NCBI GenBank assembly: GCA_963776345.1
Contig: CAVZMH010000017.1
Span: 32,001 to 96,000 of the forward strand
DNA from: an uncultured delta proteobacterium
Lineage (GTDB): Bacteria > Myxococcota > Myxococcia > Myxococcales > Myxococcaceae
Direction: 5' to 3'
DNA length: 64,000 nucleotides
This document shows, one piece after another, positions 63,077-64,000 of the stretch (within the stretch, counting starts at the first letter, position 1; every line of letters begins with the position of its first letter). The position numbers and the translations under genes were made by a program. Under the pieces are notes generated by a model. The model saw only the letters and a program-made list of their open reading frames with translations. It was not told where the DNA came from and ran no database searches.

Positions 63077-63199
63077 AGCGCTCAAGATGCTATAGCAATT
63101 TCACCTACTCTCAGTGCGATCCGCATGCTCGTAAGTCATTGATTCGTCGAGCTGGTTTCACCGAGAGAGTACCCAGGTTGCTATAGCATCTCGAGCGCT
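63077..63199. mobile_element. MITE/REPIN-like 123-bp hairpin element
   Basis: 22-bp terminal inverted repeats with 1 mismatch (AGCGCTCAAGATGCTATAGCAA / TTGCTATAGCATCTCGAGCGCT), internal imperfect stem, AT-rich core TAAGTCATTGATT. Confidence 0.55.
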
Positions 63200-63442
63200 G
63201 GAGTGGCTCAGGAGGGCCGGCCTCCTCGGGTCTCGGTCCCTCCACTCACAAGCCTCACCGACCGGTGGTCCGTGACACCCGCCCGCCGAGCGTGGCCGCC
63301 GTGCCGCCGACCAGGGCAGACCGCGCCCAGGCTCGCGGCCTTTGAGCCCACGACAGCGCCGACGCCACGAAGCGCCGGCGCGCGTGCCTCTCGGCGTCCC
63401 GGGTCCTCGACGCGAGCTGCCCTCCCCGAGCCGCTCACCGCC

Positions 63443-64000
63443 TCACTTCTTGAGGCTCGCCACGTCGATCACGAACCGGTACTTCACGTCGCTCTTCAGC
63501 GTCCGCTCGTAGGCCTCGTTGATCTTCTGGATCGGGATGACCTCGACATCGGAGACGATGCCGTGCTTGCCGCAGTGGTCGAGCATCTCCTGCGTCTCGG
63601 GGATGCCGCCGATCAGCGATCCGGCGAGCCGCTTGTTCCCACCGATCAGCGAGAACGCCCCGATCTTCATCGGCTCGGGAGGCGCCCCGACCAGCACCAT
63701 CGCCCCGCCCGGCCGGAGGAGCGCGAGGAACGCCTGCACGTCGTGCGGCGCGCTGACCGTGTCCAGGAGGAAGTCGAGCCGCCCGGCGAGCGGCTTCAGC
63801 GCCTCGGGGTCGCGGGTGAGCACGAAGTGGCTCGCCCCCAGCCGCTGCGCATCCGCCTGCTTCGAGGCCGAGGTGCTGAACAGCGTCACCTCGGCGCCGA
63901 TCGACTTCGCCAGCTTCACCGCCATGTGGCCCAGGCCGCCGAGACCGACCACGCCCACCCGCTGTCCGGCCTTCACGCCCCACTGCCGCAGCGGCGAGTA
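63443..64000 (-). CDS. NAD(P)-dependent Zn alcohol dehydrogenase (CAD/YahK-like), 5' end outside window
   Basis: 'VGVVGLGGLGHMAVK', 'DTVSAPH', 'GSLIGGI.ETQEML', 'DVKYRFVID'. Confidence 0.92.
   Translation of the reverse strand, partial: YSPLRQWGVKAGQRVGVVGLGGLGHMAVKLAKSIGAEVTLFSTSASKQADAQRLGASHFVLTRDPEALKPLAGRLDFLLDTVSAPHDVQAFLALLRPGGAMVLVGAPPEPMKIGAFSLIGGNKRLAGSLIGGIPETQEMLDHCGKHGIVSDVEVIPIQKINEAYERTLKSDVKYRFVIDVASLKK

Overview
A very GC-rich chromosomal window from a myxobacterium (Myxococcota; pomXYZ, mtsC and a MYXO-CTERM tail point to a Myxococcales lineage). It holds about 55 genes, and I recognised no rRNA, tRNA, CRISPR array or intact transposase. The standout is a five-gene isoprenoid locus at 15.6-23.4 kb: squalene synthase, squalene epoxidase and an oxidosqualene cyclase with cycloartenol-synthase signature residues. 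These are linked to an MmpL-type lipid exporter and an HpnI/ceramide-glucosyltransferase-like glycosyltransferase, making a candidate pathway for de novo synthesis and export of a glycosylated sterol, with a vapBC-type toxin-antitoxin pair at its border. Other content: orphan mtsC, amrS/amrB, dnaJ, an MsbA-like operon, a beta-helix/diheme cytochrome pair, a RapA-like helicase, a DprE1/DprE2-like pair, hppA, rnz, a CHASE2 cyclase-SH3-M48 operon, pomYZX, ettA, a pseudokinase-kinase tandem and queE. Non-coding signals: a dispersed 22-nt palindromic REP-like repeat (4 copies), a 123-bp MITE-like hairpin and several sigma54-like promoters. Four +1 homopolymer frameshifts (likely sequencing errors) and three deletion scars are visible. 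All calls come from motif recognition by eye; no database searches were run.
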